A stretch of DNA of 64,000 bases from assembly GCA_951406725.2 (NCBI GenBank), contig OX597824.1, positions 19,158,001 through 19,222,000 on the forward strand, read 5' to 3'. This document shows positions 45,722-59,287 of this stretch, in pieces; the stretch's first letter is position 1; the number at the start of each line of letters is the position of its first letter. The notes under the pieces were generated by a model. It worked only from the letters and a program-made list of their open reading frames with translations. It searched no databases and was not told where the DNA came from. Source of the DNA: Octopus vulgaris (Eukaryota). Both the position numbers and the translations under genes were made by a program.

Positions 45722-46166
45722 GTATTATGTATATGTATATGTATATAGATAGATAGATATATGTGTGTATGTATGAATGCATATGGGTTTGCCTTTCGTG
45801 AAATTGACTGGCCGAACTCACATTGAAGTTTTCATACACTGAAGCAACCAATGTGACTATATGCAGAGTTATTTTTGTGAAACCGTGTATAAATTTATTG
45901 AGATTGCTAAAGAAATCTCACATGGAACCAACTTTATTTCGCCTTGCATTTCAATATCATTGAGGCAAATCATCCTCCATTCCAATGCCGATACGTATAG
46001 CATAATTTACATATATACATCCTTAAATATCTACACCTACATACATATATACATACATATATATACATACATGCATAATACATCCATGTATATATGAGTG
46101 TTTTTGTGTTCGTTTGTGTGTGTAAATATATATCTATATCTATTTTTATCTATATATATATATATA

Positions 46167-46199
<33 letters not shown>

Positions 46200-46231
46200 G
46201 ATATATATATATATATATGTATGTATGTATG

Positions 46232-46308
<77 letters not shown>

Positions 46309-46775
46309 GGACTCGTATGTATGATGCTATCACATGAGCTATCGCATACATAATCCTACATACGCGTACACACATATATTTATATCTGTACATATAGACA
46401 TAAGGCCATATGCACATGTATGAACTATAAACACATATACATATATACCCTTATATATTCTTCTATACCAACATACGTACATGCATATATAAAAACAGAT
46501 ACATATACACACAAACCAGTACGTACAAAAACATATAATGCCTCTATATTTCTGAGTGATATCTATATGCAGAGATATCTTCATGTGTTTCTGTGCCTGT
46601 AAATAATGCGTATGCGTATCTCAATATGTGCGTATGCACAAAATATATATAGTCACATATACAGATTTATTACCCTTAAAATTTCGACGAACAAAAATTA
46701 GTACTGAATTTCATAACTTTTCTATAACGGATGGGTATTGATATTCTGTATGATTTTAGGATGCGCACATATACG

Positions 46776-46861
<86 letters not shown>

Positions 46862-47074
46862 CCGTTTACGAAGTATCCATGAATGCCAGTCATGCATGAA
46901 GGAAATAATAAAAATCTGACACGCTCACAAACCGAACCGTTCCAAGTGTCAAAGAGTTAAGAATATAAGAACAAAAAATCAAAACGCTAAAATATGTGAA
47001 ATTTTATATTTTCCAACGATACATGAACGTATACAAAAAAAAATACAACTATAAGCAAATACATACAGACATAC

Positions 47075-47107
<33 letters not shown>

Positions 47108-47110
47108 CAT

Positions 47111-47157
<47 letters not shown>

Positions 47158-47784
47158 CATACATACATACATACATACATACATACATACATACATACAT
47201 ACATACATACATACATACATACACATATACATATATCTTTATATTCATATATAACAAAATTATGTATGTATACGTATGGATGAATAACAGAATTTTAGGT
47301 AGGAAGAGCAAAAGAGAAAAAGACGCAAAGATTAATAATAAAAAGATAATACTGGTTTCTTCTTATTTTCTGACCGAGTTCAATTGGTTGGAAATATTTC
47401 TGCAAGTATTGAACTTTTCAAAACTATAAATCAATTCAAATGAAATAAATATACATTTTATTTTTTCATATCGATATACATATGCATACATACTACTCCA
47501 CACATATATACATATATATATACAAACTGACATATACATATATACTCGCATATATATATATATATATATGTGTGTGTTTATGTATGTATGTATGTATGTA
47601 TGTATGTATGTATGAATGTATGTATGTATGTATGTATGTATAAATGTATTCGCTTTTCTTGGTTTATACGTTATATTGTTATATTTTGTCAATATTTTCG
47701 GCGGTTGAGATGTTATGAAGTAACCCATGTATACATACGTATGTGAGTATTTATCATATGTACAAATAGATGCACACAGACTAC

Positions 47785-47838
<54 letters not shown>

Positions 47839-48114
47839 AACAGGTATATACACATATGAGCAAGCACACATCGATACGTGTACATACACACATACACACT
47901 AATACATACGTATATTAATAATCCGGTTAAATATATGTATGTATGTATGTGTACATATATGCATATGCATGTATATGTGTGTGCGTGTATATATGTATAT
48001 ATATTCATTTACTGGGTACGTCATTGACCATGCTGGAGCATAGCTTTCAGGGTTTAAATAAATGATATCAACTCCGGTACTTAAATATGTATTTTTGCTT
48101 AAGAGTATCTGTAG

Positions 48115-48159
<45 letters not shown>

Positions 48160-48213
48160 AATGCGTACATATAAACACGTAAATCCTCCTCTTCCCGCTG
48201 TCTTTCCTCTCTT

Positions 48214-48244
<31 letters not shown>

Positions 48245-48263
48245 TTCTGTATATGTGTATGTA

Positions 48264-48303
<40 letters not shown>

Positions 48304-48526
48304 TATATATATGTATGTATGTGTATATATATATGCGTTTGTATATATATATATATACATATATATGTATGTATGTATGTATATATATATGCGTTTGTGT
48401 ATATATATGCGTGTGTGTGTGAATGCGTGTGCATATAGATTTAGATAGACAGATATACAAAGAGATAGGTAGATAGATAGATAGATAGACAGACAGGTAG
48501 ATAAAATCTTTAGAAAGAACCAGTTC

Positions 48527-48575
<49 letters not shown>

Positions 48576-48822
48576 TCTTTACTTCTCCTGCAGAAGACCG
48601 GTTAAACATCTTGGAAGCCAATGTTTTCCTGCCAATTCGTTTCATGATGTCGTGACCTGCCCAGAAAACACGTATTTTCCTGCCCTACTGCTTTTCTTAT
48701 ACCACCCGATAACCGTAACCCGACGAGAGTCATTCAAACCATCCATGACGTCTATAGGCGATTGAAGCACAGATATCATCTCCAGTCGGTATGACGTATA
48801 TTGAAACCGAAACACTGTCCAC

Positions 48823-49161
48823 AGGTGCAGGAGTGGCTGCGTGTGATAAGAAGCTTGCTTACCAACCACATGGTTCTGGGTTCAGTCCCACTGCGTGGGC
48901 ACATTGGGCAAGTGTCTTCTACTATAGCCTCGGGCCGGCCAAAGCCTTGTGAGTGGATTTAGTAGACGGAAACTGAAAGAAGCCTGTCGTATATATAGGT
49001 GCATGAGCGGCTGTGTGGTAAGAAGTTTGCTTCCCAACAACATGGCTTGGGGTTCAGTCCTACTGTGTGGCACCTTGGGCAAGTGTCTTCTAGTATAGCC
49101 TCGGGCCGACCAAAGCCTTGTGAGTGGATTTAGTAGACGGAAACTGAAAAAGAAGCTCGTC

Positions 49162-49253
<92 letters not shown>

Positions 49254-49475
49254 AAATGTTTGTGTGTCTGTGTTTGTCCCACCACCACCACCATCGCTTG
49301 ACAACCGATGGTGGTGTGTTTGCGTCACCGTCACTTAGCGGTTCGGCAAAAAGAGACCGATAGAATAAGTACTAGGCTTACAAAGAATAAGTCCTGGGGG
49401 GGGGTCGATTTTCTCGACTAAAGGCGGTGCTCCAGCATGGCCGCAGTCAAATGACTGAAACAAATAAAAGCAAAA
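48823..49475 (+). mobile_element. SINE-A with tandemly repeated 5' half
   Basis: Heads at 48823-48993 and 48998-49165 precede one microsatellite and one tail. Confidence 0.88.
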
Positions 49476-49593
49476 GTTATAAGAATCTATCTCCTTCTTT
49501 CCAGGCCCATCACAACATTATCTTTTCGGTTTCATAAAATTTCTAATTCTTCAGGTTATTTTCTCTTCTAATTTGGTGCTAGTACTCTTTACC

Positions 49594-50343
49594 GTGGAGG
49601 CGCAATGGCCCAGTGGTTAGGGCAGCGGACTCGCGGTCGTAGGATCGCGGTTTCGATTCCCAGACCGGGCGTTGTGTGAGTGTTTATTGAGCGAAAACAC
49701 CTAAAAAAAAAAGCTCCACGAGGCTCCGGCAGGGGGGATGGTGGTGGTGATCCCTGCTGTACTCTTTCACCACAACTTTCTCTCACTCTTACTTCCTGTT
49801 TCTGTTGCACCTGTATTTCAAAGGGGCCGGCCTTGTCACTCTCTGTGTCACGCTGAATATCCTCGAGAACTACGTTAAGGGTACACGTGTCTGCGGAGTG
49901 CTCAGCCACTTACACGTTAATTTCACGAGCAGGTTGTTCCGTTGATTTTCTGTATGTAGTCTCAGTTGTTAGGGCAGCGGACTCGCAGTCATAGGATCGC
50001 GGTTTCGATTCCCAGACCGGGCGTCGTGTGAGTGTTTATTGAGCGAAAACACCTAAAAAAGCTCCACGAGGCTCCGGCAGGGGGATGGTGGTGGTGATCC
50101 CTGCTGTACTCTTTCACCACAACTTTCTCTCACTCTTACTTCCTGTTTCTGTTGCACCTGTATTTCAAAGGGGCCGGCCTTGTCACTCTCTGTGTCACGC
50201 TGAATATCCCCGAGAACTACGTTAAGGGTACACGTGTCTGTGGAGTGCTCAGCCACTTACACGCTAATTTCACGAACAGGCTGTTCCGTTGATTCGGATC
50301 AACCGTAACCCTCGTCGTCGGAACCGACGGAGTGCTTCCATCC
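49594..50343 (+). mobile_element. SINE-C/tail X tandem dimer
   Basis: Units 49594-49947 and 49969-50343; single 13-bp TSD AGTACTCTTTACC at 49581-49593 and 50344-50356. Confidence 0.92.
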
Positions 50344-50520
50344 AGTACTCTTTACCAAAAAGCGATTGATTCCCTCTGTCTGAAAAAACACATAACTTCA
50401 AATAAATCAAGATTTCATCCTGTATGTTAATTCATACACTCTTCTTCTGTCATGGTTCACGTACATGCTAATGGTCACTCTGAATTATTTCCCTTGGTTC
50501 TTTTGTCACTTGTTATATAT

Positions 50521-51480
50521 ATTAGGTTGTCACACATGAAATGTCGTATTTGAAAGGTAACAATAAAATGTTTCAGAAATGTTAGAGAACTGATTTATTT
50601 AATCAAAGTATGATCCATGTTCATTTATGAACTTTACCCAACGTTTCTCTAAATCATATATTCCATCTTCACAAAAAAAACTCATCTTTTGCTGTGATAA
50701 ACTGTCCGAATGCTTCAATTACCTCTTCTCTATTTAAGAATATTTTATTGAGTATGAAAAGCTCAAAATGCTTGAACAAGTGATGATCAGTAGGAGAGAT
50801 ATCAGGGGAATAGAGAGGATGTTGCAAAATCTCATAATTCAGGCTTTGCAACTTTTGGACCGTTGTTTAAGAATTGTGAGGACGTGCATTATCGTAGAGC
50901 AAAATTGGGCCATCCTCTAATCACTAGTCTGGGTTGCTTCTTTTTCAAATCCCCATGCATACAATCAATTTCCGGGTAATACGGTGTCGTTGTTACCGTT
51001 TTCCCTTGTTGCAAAAATTTATATTGTATAACCCTCTTCGCAGACCAGCATACAGCGACCACTAACTTTTTTAGAGTGCAATGGTGGTTCTGAGTAGTGT
51101 TTAGTTTACTCTCCTACATCTCATCATAGTCCTGTTCTCCTGCTGTTGTCTAATATTTTCATGTATGAGTACAAACTGGGTCACTCTGCCACGGAAGCTC
51201 TACAGAAGATCAAGCGGGCCTTTGGTAATGATTTTGTTGACAACAGAACTGTTCAGTGATGGTTTCAAAGATCACGTTCAGGAGATGATAGACTTGAAAA
51301 TAAACCAAGTGAGAGGTGAAAATCAGTTACTCAGCATGTCGGATTAAATGCTTCGGTTGAACAAAATCCGGGAACAACGGTCCAAAAACTTCAATCAAAA
51401 CTCCAAACATCTCGCACAACTGTTTCCCATTTCTCATTGAAGTTGTTCCTGGATTTTGTTCAACCGAAGCATTTCATCTA
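50521..51480. mobile_element. Decayed mariner transposon, rearranged
   Basis: Minus strand PILLYDNARPH...HPLYSPDISPTDHHLF...GSYFD* (50600-51150); plus strand IFMYEYKLGHSATEALQKIKRAFGNDFVDNRTVQ*WFQR (51155-51430). Confidence 0.85.
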
Positions 51481-51515
51481 AGTTACGTACATTTAATCCA
51501 AGTTGCGCACACGTA

Positions 51516-51655
51516 GCTTAGCGGTTCGGCAAAAGAGCCCGATAGAATAAGTACTAGGCTTACAAAGAATAAGTCCTGGGGTCGATTTGTTCGACTAAAG
51601 CCGGTGCTCCAGCATGGCCGCAGTCAAATGGACTGTAACAAGTAAAAGAAATAAA
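51516..51655 (+). mobile_element. SINE-A 3' tail
   Basis: Tail homology. Confidence 0.85.
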
Positions 51656-51675
51656 CGAATAAAAAAATACATATA

Positions 51676-51958
51676 CAGCAATCCCACGCCATATCGCGGT
51701 TCACCTAACGCGGTTCACCTAACGCGGTTCACCTAACGCGGTTCACCTATCGCGGTTCACCCATCGCGATTTATTATTTAAGCTAATGTCGATTCCTCCG
51801 TAGTGTGACTTTGCATTTATAATAAAATAAATATATATACAAATTATAAGAATAATAAAGAAAATAATTGACAGTACAGTACTGTTTCTACTTCGCGGAT
51901 TTTCACCTATCGCGGTGTGTTTTGGAACGTAACGCCCGCGATATTCGAGGAATTATTG
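51676..51958. mobile_element. Tigger/pogo-like MITE with 14-bp subterminal tandem repeat
   Basis: TA-flanked imperfect TIRs CAGCAATCCCACG..ATATCGCGG / CCGCGATATTCGAGGAATTATTG; (CGCGGTTCACCTAA)x5 at 51695-51764. Confidence 0.75.
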
Positions 51959-52251
51959 TATTCTTTGCTAGGAAGGATTACCAGTAAAGTCTTCTGAAGA
52001 CAGGAAGGCTACAGGAGTATCTGGAACGAAATTTCGTCCGGAATTAAAGATTTTCTGTATGTAGTCTCAGTTGACTGAATTCCTCCAGATTTATAATTCC
52101 GGTCACATGTTCTTATTGTTGACTGCTGTCCTTTACCTGAATAATAAATGCCACATTCTTGGCAAATGCTTGTGTTAGATATACGTCTCAAAGACACAAA
52201 CTTCTGGAACACTTTCGTGCTCCACCACTATATATTTTCAACACTACATAG

Positions 52252-52287
<36 letters not shown>

Positions 52288-52433
52288 CTGTGAGGGTGTA
52301 AGCGATTGTGTATATGTATTCTACGTATTTCAGCGATATTTTTATTTTTCCACATCATTTTCATATATGTAATACCAGTTTCGTTTTTGGATTTGGTTTG
52401 CGAGATTCTTTATGTGAGTTCGTGTGTTGAAGC

Positions 52434-52720
52434 ATATTCTGTTGTGTCTGGGGAGAGTCATTTTCTTTTTGTGTCTCATAATTTAAACACACTCACCGGT
52501 AAAATTTCCACTTATTTCCAATTTTTATTTTCCTAAAATTTTCGTTGCGTATTGCAACCTTTTCAATAGACTTCAAGAGTCAAAACTACTGAAAAGGTTG
52601 CAAGACGCAACGAAAATTTTAGGAAAATAGAAATAAGAAATAACTGGAAATTTTACCGGTGAGTGTGTTAAATTATGAGGCACAAAATGAAAATGACTCT
52701 CCCCAGACACAACAGAATAT
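52434..52720. repeat. Fold-back inverted repeat (about 135-bp arms, about 16-bp spacer); Penelope-like pLTR pair with variant hammerhead cores
   Basis: 52434-52569 pairs with 52586-52720; core (T/C)TGAAAA-g-gttgc...gcaac-GAAAATTT. Confidence 0.85.
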
Positions 52721-52778
52721 CATTTTCTTTTCATTATCATTTATCCTTTTCTGTATAAGTCATGTCTAGAGCTATGAA

Positions 52779-53160
52779 TGGAGGTGCAATGGCCCAGTGG
52801 TTAGGGCAGCGGACTCGCGGTCGGAGGATCGCGGTTTCGATTCCCAGACCGGGCATTGTGAGTGTTTATTGAGCGAAAACACCTAAAGCTCCACGAGGCT
52901 CCGGAAGGGGGTGGTGGTGAACCCTGCTGTACTCTTTCACCACAACTTTCTCTCGCTCTTTCTTCCTGTTTCTCTTGTACCTGTATTTCAAAGGGCCAGC
53001 CTTGTCACACTCTGTGTCACGCTGAATCTCCCCGAGAACTACGTTAAGGGTGCACGTGTCTGTGGAGTGCTCAGCCACTTACACGTTTATTTCACGAGCA
53101 GGCTGTTCCGTTGATTCGGATCAACCGGAACCCTCATCGTCGAAACCGACGGAGTGCTTC
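52779..53160 (+). mobile_element. SINE-C/tail X, full length
   Basis: Match to 49594-50343 units. Confidence 0.92.
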
Positions 53161-53344
53161 AAAAAAAAAAAAACTTCAATAAGCTTCATTCGTCTACGTA
53201 TATTACATGCCTAACGATTAACGTAACTTTCTAAAACATTTTTCCAAACCCCTCAAGTCTTTCCTCCAATATTCTTCTTTTTTTATCTAATTTTCCTCCG
53301 TATACATGTGCATATATCTATGAGTGTGTGTTTGTGTGTTTTTG

Positions 53345-53745
53345 GTTTCAAGACGAAAGGTGTTCTTACATCAGGATAATGTTCGGTTACATACAGCGTG
53401 GATGACATTCCAAAGGTTGGAGCAGTTTGAATGAGAAACGATGCCCCCACCCCACCCACCACATTCGTCCGACATTGCCTCATGTGACTATCATTGATTC
53501 CGCAATCTTCAAAATCATTTGGACGGAAAAAATATGATTTTTGTAGACGAGGTCAGAACAGTGCTGAAGGAGGGTTTCTCGTCATGGACAAGTGAATTGT
53601 GGCAGAGGGGTTCTGTAAGTCTACCAGATAGATGGAAGGGCATTGTAGGAAACGAAGGAGAGTATATTTTAGATTAAAAAAGAACTTTATTTATCTTAAT
53701 TTTGAGAAATAAAAGTACAAAAAACCGCATTATTTATGGGATGCC

Positions 53746-53750
<5 letters not shown>
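53345..53750 (+). mobile_element. Mariner transposase 3' fragment with right TIR
   Basis: RKVFLHQDNVRLHTA...SSDIASCDYH*FRNLQNHLDGK...GEYILD*; TIR ...CCGCATTATTTATGGGATGCCCCAA then TA. Confidence 0.85.
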
Positions 53751-53791
<41 letters not shown>

Positions 53792-53851
53792 CGTGTGTGT
53801 ATCCACATAGGCATACGTGTATATATATGTACATGCATGCATATATATGAG

Positions 53852-53890
<39 letters not shown>

Positions 53891-54387
53891 CTCTCTATCT
53901 GTTTTGCTTCGTGTTATAATTCCTCAGACAGGCAGTTATCAAAATCACGATACAGTCGTTTAATGTTCGCCTTATTGAATTACACACGTCTAAAAACAAG
54001 ACGAAGACAAACAGACAGACACACACAGACAGACAGACAGAGACAGACATTGAGCTGAAGATTACTTAAGAAAGATATTTGGTGACCAATTCATTTCTTT
54101 TGTGGGAACAAAACGCAGAAATAATCCTAACCCTCATCAGACATTGATATCGCTTTCATTTCGAAACTTTGTTGCTGTTCTCTTTTTTTTTGTATTTATG
54201 CTGTTTTTTTCTTTGGTATGACTTGATTTTGCGCGTGTGTGTACTTTCATCATTCTATTCGTTGCAATCTCAAAGTCGATTTAATTTCTTCACCTTACTT
54301 ACGCCCCAAACCCCAACGATCCAAAGGAAAGTGTTGACCCTAGTAACAAACAACTAATCATATTAGTGAACACAGGCTGAAGAACTG

Positions 54388-54532
<145 letters not shown>

Positions 54533-54742
54533 TGTATGTATGTGTGTATGTATGTATGTATGTATGTATATACGTATGTGTCCGTCTATATGTCTATACG
54601 TATACATATGTGTATATTGGTTTTTATTAGTTTCAGCGAATTTTCCATTATATTTCATCTCAAAAAAAAAATTGAAATCGCATTTAAAATTGAAGCCGCA
54701 TTTGTCATTTATTTTTTGTATTGCTTATTATCATTATTATTA

Positions 54743-54782
<40 letters not shown>

Positions 54783-55969
54783 CATTATTATTATTATTAT
54801 TATCATTATTATTATCATTATTATCATCATCATCATTATTATTATTATTTTGTTTCATGTTTTTCTGTATATGATTTTTTACATATATATATATTTTTAT
54901 TTTTCTATCATTTTATCATTTCGTTTTCTTTTTTTCATTTTTGTCTTCCCTCTCTTATCTTGTCCAAATATCCAAGAATTGTTTTTTACTTCATATATTT
55001 TTTTAATATTTTAGGTGATTTTATTTGAATCTAATAAGATTAATTCTTTAGCCAATTATTTCTTCTATATCAGACCATTCTATAGGCAACTAAAAGCTTT
55101 TATTGTTACCTTTATTTTTTTTTTAATAATTCCTTCTTTTTCACCACCACCCCTACTTATTTAAAACCCGATGGAACAATGCCGCCTTTGGCTAAGGGCG
55201 AAGGACGATCCCTCAAAAATATGTCTCTTTTCAATGATAATATTCCATTTAATTATGGAAGATGAAAAACAGAAAATAATGATGTAGCTTTCTCAACATT
55301 AAAAGAATAAAAAAAAAACAGCTTCTGCGTAGAAAAATTCCTATATTATTTTTTTTATATAATTACTAAAGAATTTGTCGTTGCTATTCACCAAAGCTAT
55401 ATCAAAGAATACACGCAAGTCTCCGTCCATCTCTTCTCACCTTCTCTTTTATAATATTTTATGTATATATATATATATATATATATATTTAGAAATCCTC
55501 TTTTTTGAGAAAGGGGGCCTTGAAAAACAACGACTTCATTAACTACATCCCGGATGAGATCACTGCGCATGACTGAACTGTTATTTGGCTTCCTCTAGCA
55601 AGGAGTAGTATGGATACGACTGATTCTGTACTTCATTTTGTTTTTTGATTTCTTTCTTTCGTTTTTTTCGCCAAAAGATAAGACGAAAAATATTTATTAT
55701 CAAAAACCTATAACACATTGTAAAGAATATAATTATTTGTGAAATGATGGAAAGGTCAGGCGAACTAGTGATTTTGCTGCTAGGTAGGAATTTAGACTGT
55801 TCCAACAGACGATGTGTAATGAGAAAGATTTTTTTTACAAGACGTTAGTGAGCGTATGTACTGTCTGTAACAAATAATGCAAAATGTCTAAATACAAAGA
55901 ATATATATACACATATACATACATATACGTTTGTATGTATGTATGTATATATATGTATATGTTTGTATG

Positions 55970-56001
<32 letters not shown>

Positions 56002-56003
56002 AG

Positions 56004-56064
<61 letters not shown>

Positions 56065-56255
56065 TAGGTAGGTAGATAGGTAAAGGTATAGGTATAGAAT
56101 AGGTATAGCTATATATTTATATACACATACGTATATATACACACATATATATATGTATACATACATATAATTTATATAGATAGATAGATAGATAGATTGA
56201 TAGATATAGACAGATAGGTAGGTATATAGATAGATATAGATAGATATATATATAC

Positions 56256-56312
<57 letters not shown>

Positions 56313-57030
56313 TACAAATATATATGTGTATGCGTGTACTTACATATATATTTGTATGTATAATGTATATATTTGTGTGTGCGTGTGTGTGAGCATAATT
56401 ATAAGAAAAAATGCGATTAAAAATTCCTGGAAGATATCAGTAAAGCACTCGGTATTAAAAGAGACAATATTTATTAGCAGTATATACATGTCTTTACTAA
56501 ATTTCTACAAGGATATGGTTGGGACTGACTCCGAAGTTTCGGGTTACTCGTTATCACCAGAGAGTATGACGAAGGCCAACAAACCGGGACTTCGAAGTCA
56601 CTGTTAATTTTTTCCTGCTAAAAGTTTCACAAACATGCATTCTACTACGAATATTCCTAGAATTTAATGTTAATGTATGGTATGTATACGCATGTGTGTG
56701 TGAGTGTGTTTGTGAGTGTGTTTGTGAGTGTGTACGTGTGTGTGTGTGTGTGTGAGTGCGCGTGCGCGAATGCAGAGAATTTGTTTTTAAGCATTTTGCT
56801 TCATACTGCCATGGAGTGAGTTCGAACTTACTACGTAGTGCTTTCGGTGTCACTTCGACTGTAACCTCTGTTGACCAATAACGTCTGAACACTGATAGAC
56901 GGACACTCTATTCAAGTACGATTCAAACACTCATACACACACCTACACACACAAACACACACACACACACACACACACGCCAAAGCCTGGTGAGTGGATT
57001 TGGTAGATGGAAACTGAAAGAAGCCCGTCA

Positions 57031-57517
57031 TATATATATAAGAAATTAAAGGAGGAAAATGCACACACTTTACATAGTTTAAATATAATTTTTAATATAT
57101 GTTGTATTGTGTTTTTCAACCGGTTTCGCTTTCGTTATTCATGACATTAAAATTTATTTAAATGCGTATTTACTTAAGAAGAAATATATTGTCCATGTTG
57201 TGTGTGGAGTTTATGAATGACTAATGCAACAAGTAGAAAAATCTAAGGGGTGGTAATTGATTATCGTTATTATTGTGGGCAGGGGAGATAATTGTTTAGC
57301 TTTCGGTGGGGCGGGTTATATATATGTATATACACAAAATTTCAAAAACTAGAGTAGTGGGGAGAAATATGTACATAATACGTATTTAAACAAATTTTAA
57401 CGTTATGAATAGCGAAAGCGAAACTGGTCGACAAAACACAATATAAGACATATTAAAAATGATATTTAAACTATGTAAAGTGTGTGCATTTTCCTTCTTT
57501 AATTTCTTATATATAAT
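57031..57517. repeat. Inverted repeat (about 140-bp arms, about 205-bp spacer); Penelope-like pLTR pair inserted in a SINE-A (56980-57030 / 57565-57740)
   Basis: 57031-57170 pairs with 57378-57517; each arm has ATGAATA-(g/a)cgaaagc-GAAAC core. Confidence 0.85.
57402..57433 (+). ncRNA. Minimal hammerhead-like motif with A3:U8 variant core
   Basis: gtt-ATGAATA-gc(gaaa)gc-GAAAC-tg-GTC-gac. Confidence 0.5.
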
Positions 57518-57854
57518 ACAAAACACTACGTGGAGACAATCAAAATTCCCTCTTAGTGTTACTATATGTGTGTGTGTTTGTGCATGTTTGCCTCCCGCCC
57601 CTCAATATCACTTGACAACCGATGCTGGTGTGTTTATGTCCCCCTAACATTAGCGGCTCGGCAAAAAGGACCGATAGAACAAGCTCTAAGCTTAAAAAAG
57701 ATAAGTCCTGGGACTGAAACGATTAAAAGAATTAAAGAATTAAAGAATACCCGTAAAAATTTCATTATTTACCGGCCTCCACACCTCATTAAAAATAAAT
57801 TAATTCGCCGGAATTTAAATTTTTTTACTCTTATTATATATTCTTTTATTCTTT

Positions 57855-58061
57855 TATTCTATTACTTGTTTCGGTCATTTTGACTGCGTCCATGCTGGAG
57901 CACCGCCTTTAATCGAGCAAATCGACCCCGGGACTTATTCTTATTCTTTGTAAGCCCAGTGCTTATTCTATCGGCCTCTTTTGCCGAACCGCTAAGTGAC
58001 GGGGACGTAAACACACCAGCATCGGTTGTCAAGCAATGCTAGGGGGACAAACACAGACACA

Positions 58062-58096
<35 letters not shown>

Positions 58097-58287
58097 GCAT
58101 ATATATATATATATATATATATATGACAGGCTTCTTTCAGTTTCCGTCTACCAAATCCACTCACAAGGCATTCGTCGACCCGGGGCTATAGTAGAAGACA
58201 CTTGCCCAAGATGCTACGCAGTGGGACTGAACCCGGAACCATGCGGTTGGTTAGCAAGCTACTTACCACACAGCCACTCCTGCGCCT
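57855..58287 (-). mobile_element. SINE-A, full length
   Basis: Match to reference copy. Confidence 0.92.
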
Positions 58288-58309
58288 ATATAGATATATT
58301 TTTAATATG

Positions 58310-58521
58310 AAGGTGTGTGGCTTAATGGTTGGGGTATTCGGCTCACGATCGCAAGGACGTGAGTTCATTTCCCGGTGACGCATTATGTCCTTAAGCAAGA
58401 CATTTTATTTCACGTTGCTCCAGTCGACTGATCAGGCGAAAATGAGTAGTACTTGTATTTCAAGGGATCCAGCCTTGTCACACGCTGAGTCTCCCAGAGA
58501 ATTACGTTAAGGGTACACGTC
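58310..58521 (+). mobile_element. SINE-D head + tail X, 3'-truncated
   Basis: Match to 280-592. Confidence 0.83.
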
Positions 58522-58523
58522 TC

Positions 58524-58620
<97 letters not shown>

Positions 58621-59221
58621 GTATATGTATATATGTATATATATATATAGAAATTCGGGGTGAGTATATTTTAATCTATACCCACCTGCTCAAGGAGAAG
58701 CCACTTCTAGCCACCTTTGTTAGGCAACCTCAACACCCCATTTTTCAGTTGCATTTCAAGGTGGAGTTTTAGTGGTGCACCAAACTGACCATTCATAGTA
58801 CATACCGATTACAGTATGTCAGTTGACAAAAACCTCCTTGTATATTCTCTATGCTTTATATACATTATATTTTTTTATATATATCAACCTATAGTATATA
58901 TTTACTGTTAAAGCAGAAGCTCCCTCTATGGGTAAATATATTGTTTATTTTCTTTTGCTTTTTTTAAAAAATTATTTCCATGACTCTCAAAGACTTTGTG
59001 AAGACTGCTGTAAAGGCATGAAAGGATGTAGTGTTGTGAAATGTGGTAAAAAGGTAATTGAACAGGTGTAGTGTGTGTGTGATCACCTGCATGAATATAT
59101 ATACAGGTATACTTCAACTTAGGTGATTTCGAGTTATATCTTTTTTTCGACTTTGTATCTATTTGTTTTCTAAAGAAATAAATGGGGGGGGGACAAAAAA
59201 GCTCAACCATATATATATATG

Positions 59222-59287
<66 letters not shown>

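Noticed and set aside
48594-48790. Plus-strand exon-like segment after a CT tract and CAG
   Set aside because: All three frames stop before the putative GT donor and no homology is recognised; a non-coding exon cannot be excluded
49596-49670. tRNA-like sequences with A and B boxes (also heads of SINE-A, B and D)
   Set aside because: Continuous with SINE bodies and TSDs, with imperfect cloverleaves; not tRNA genes
56511-56607. Possible exon DMVGTDSEVSGYSLSPESMTKANKPGLRSHC*
   Set aside because: Weak acceptor and no corroborating exon or homology
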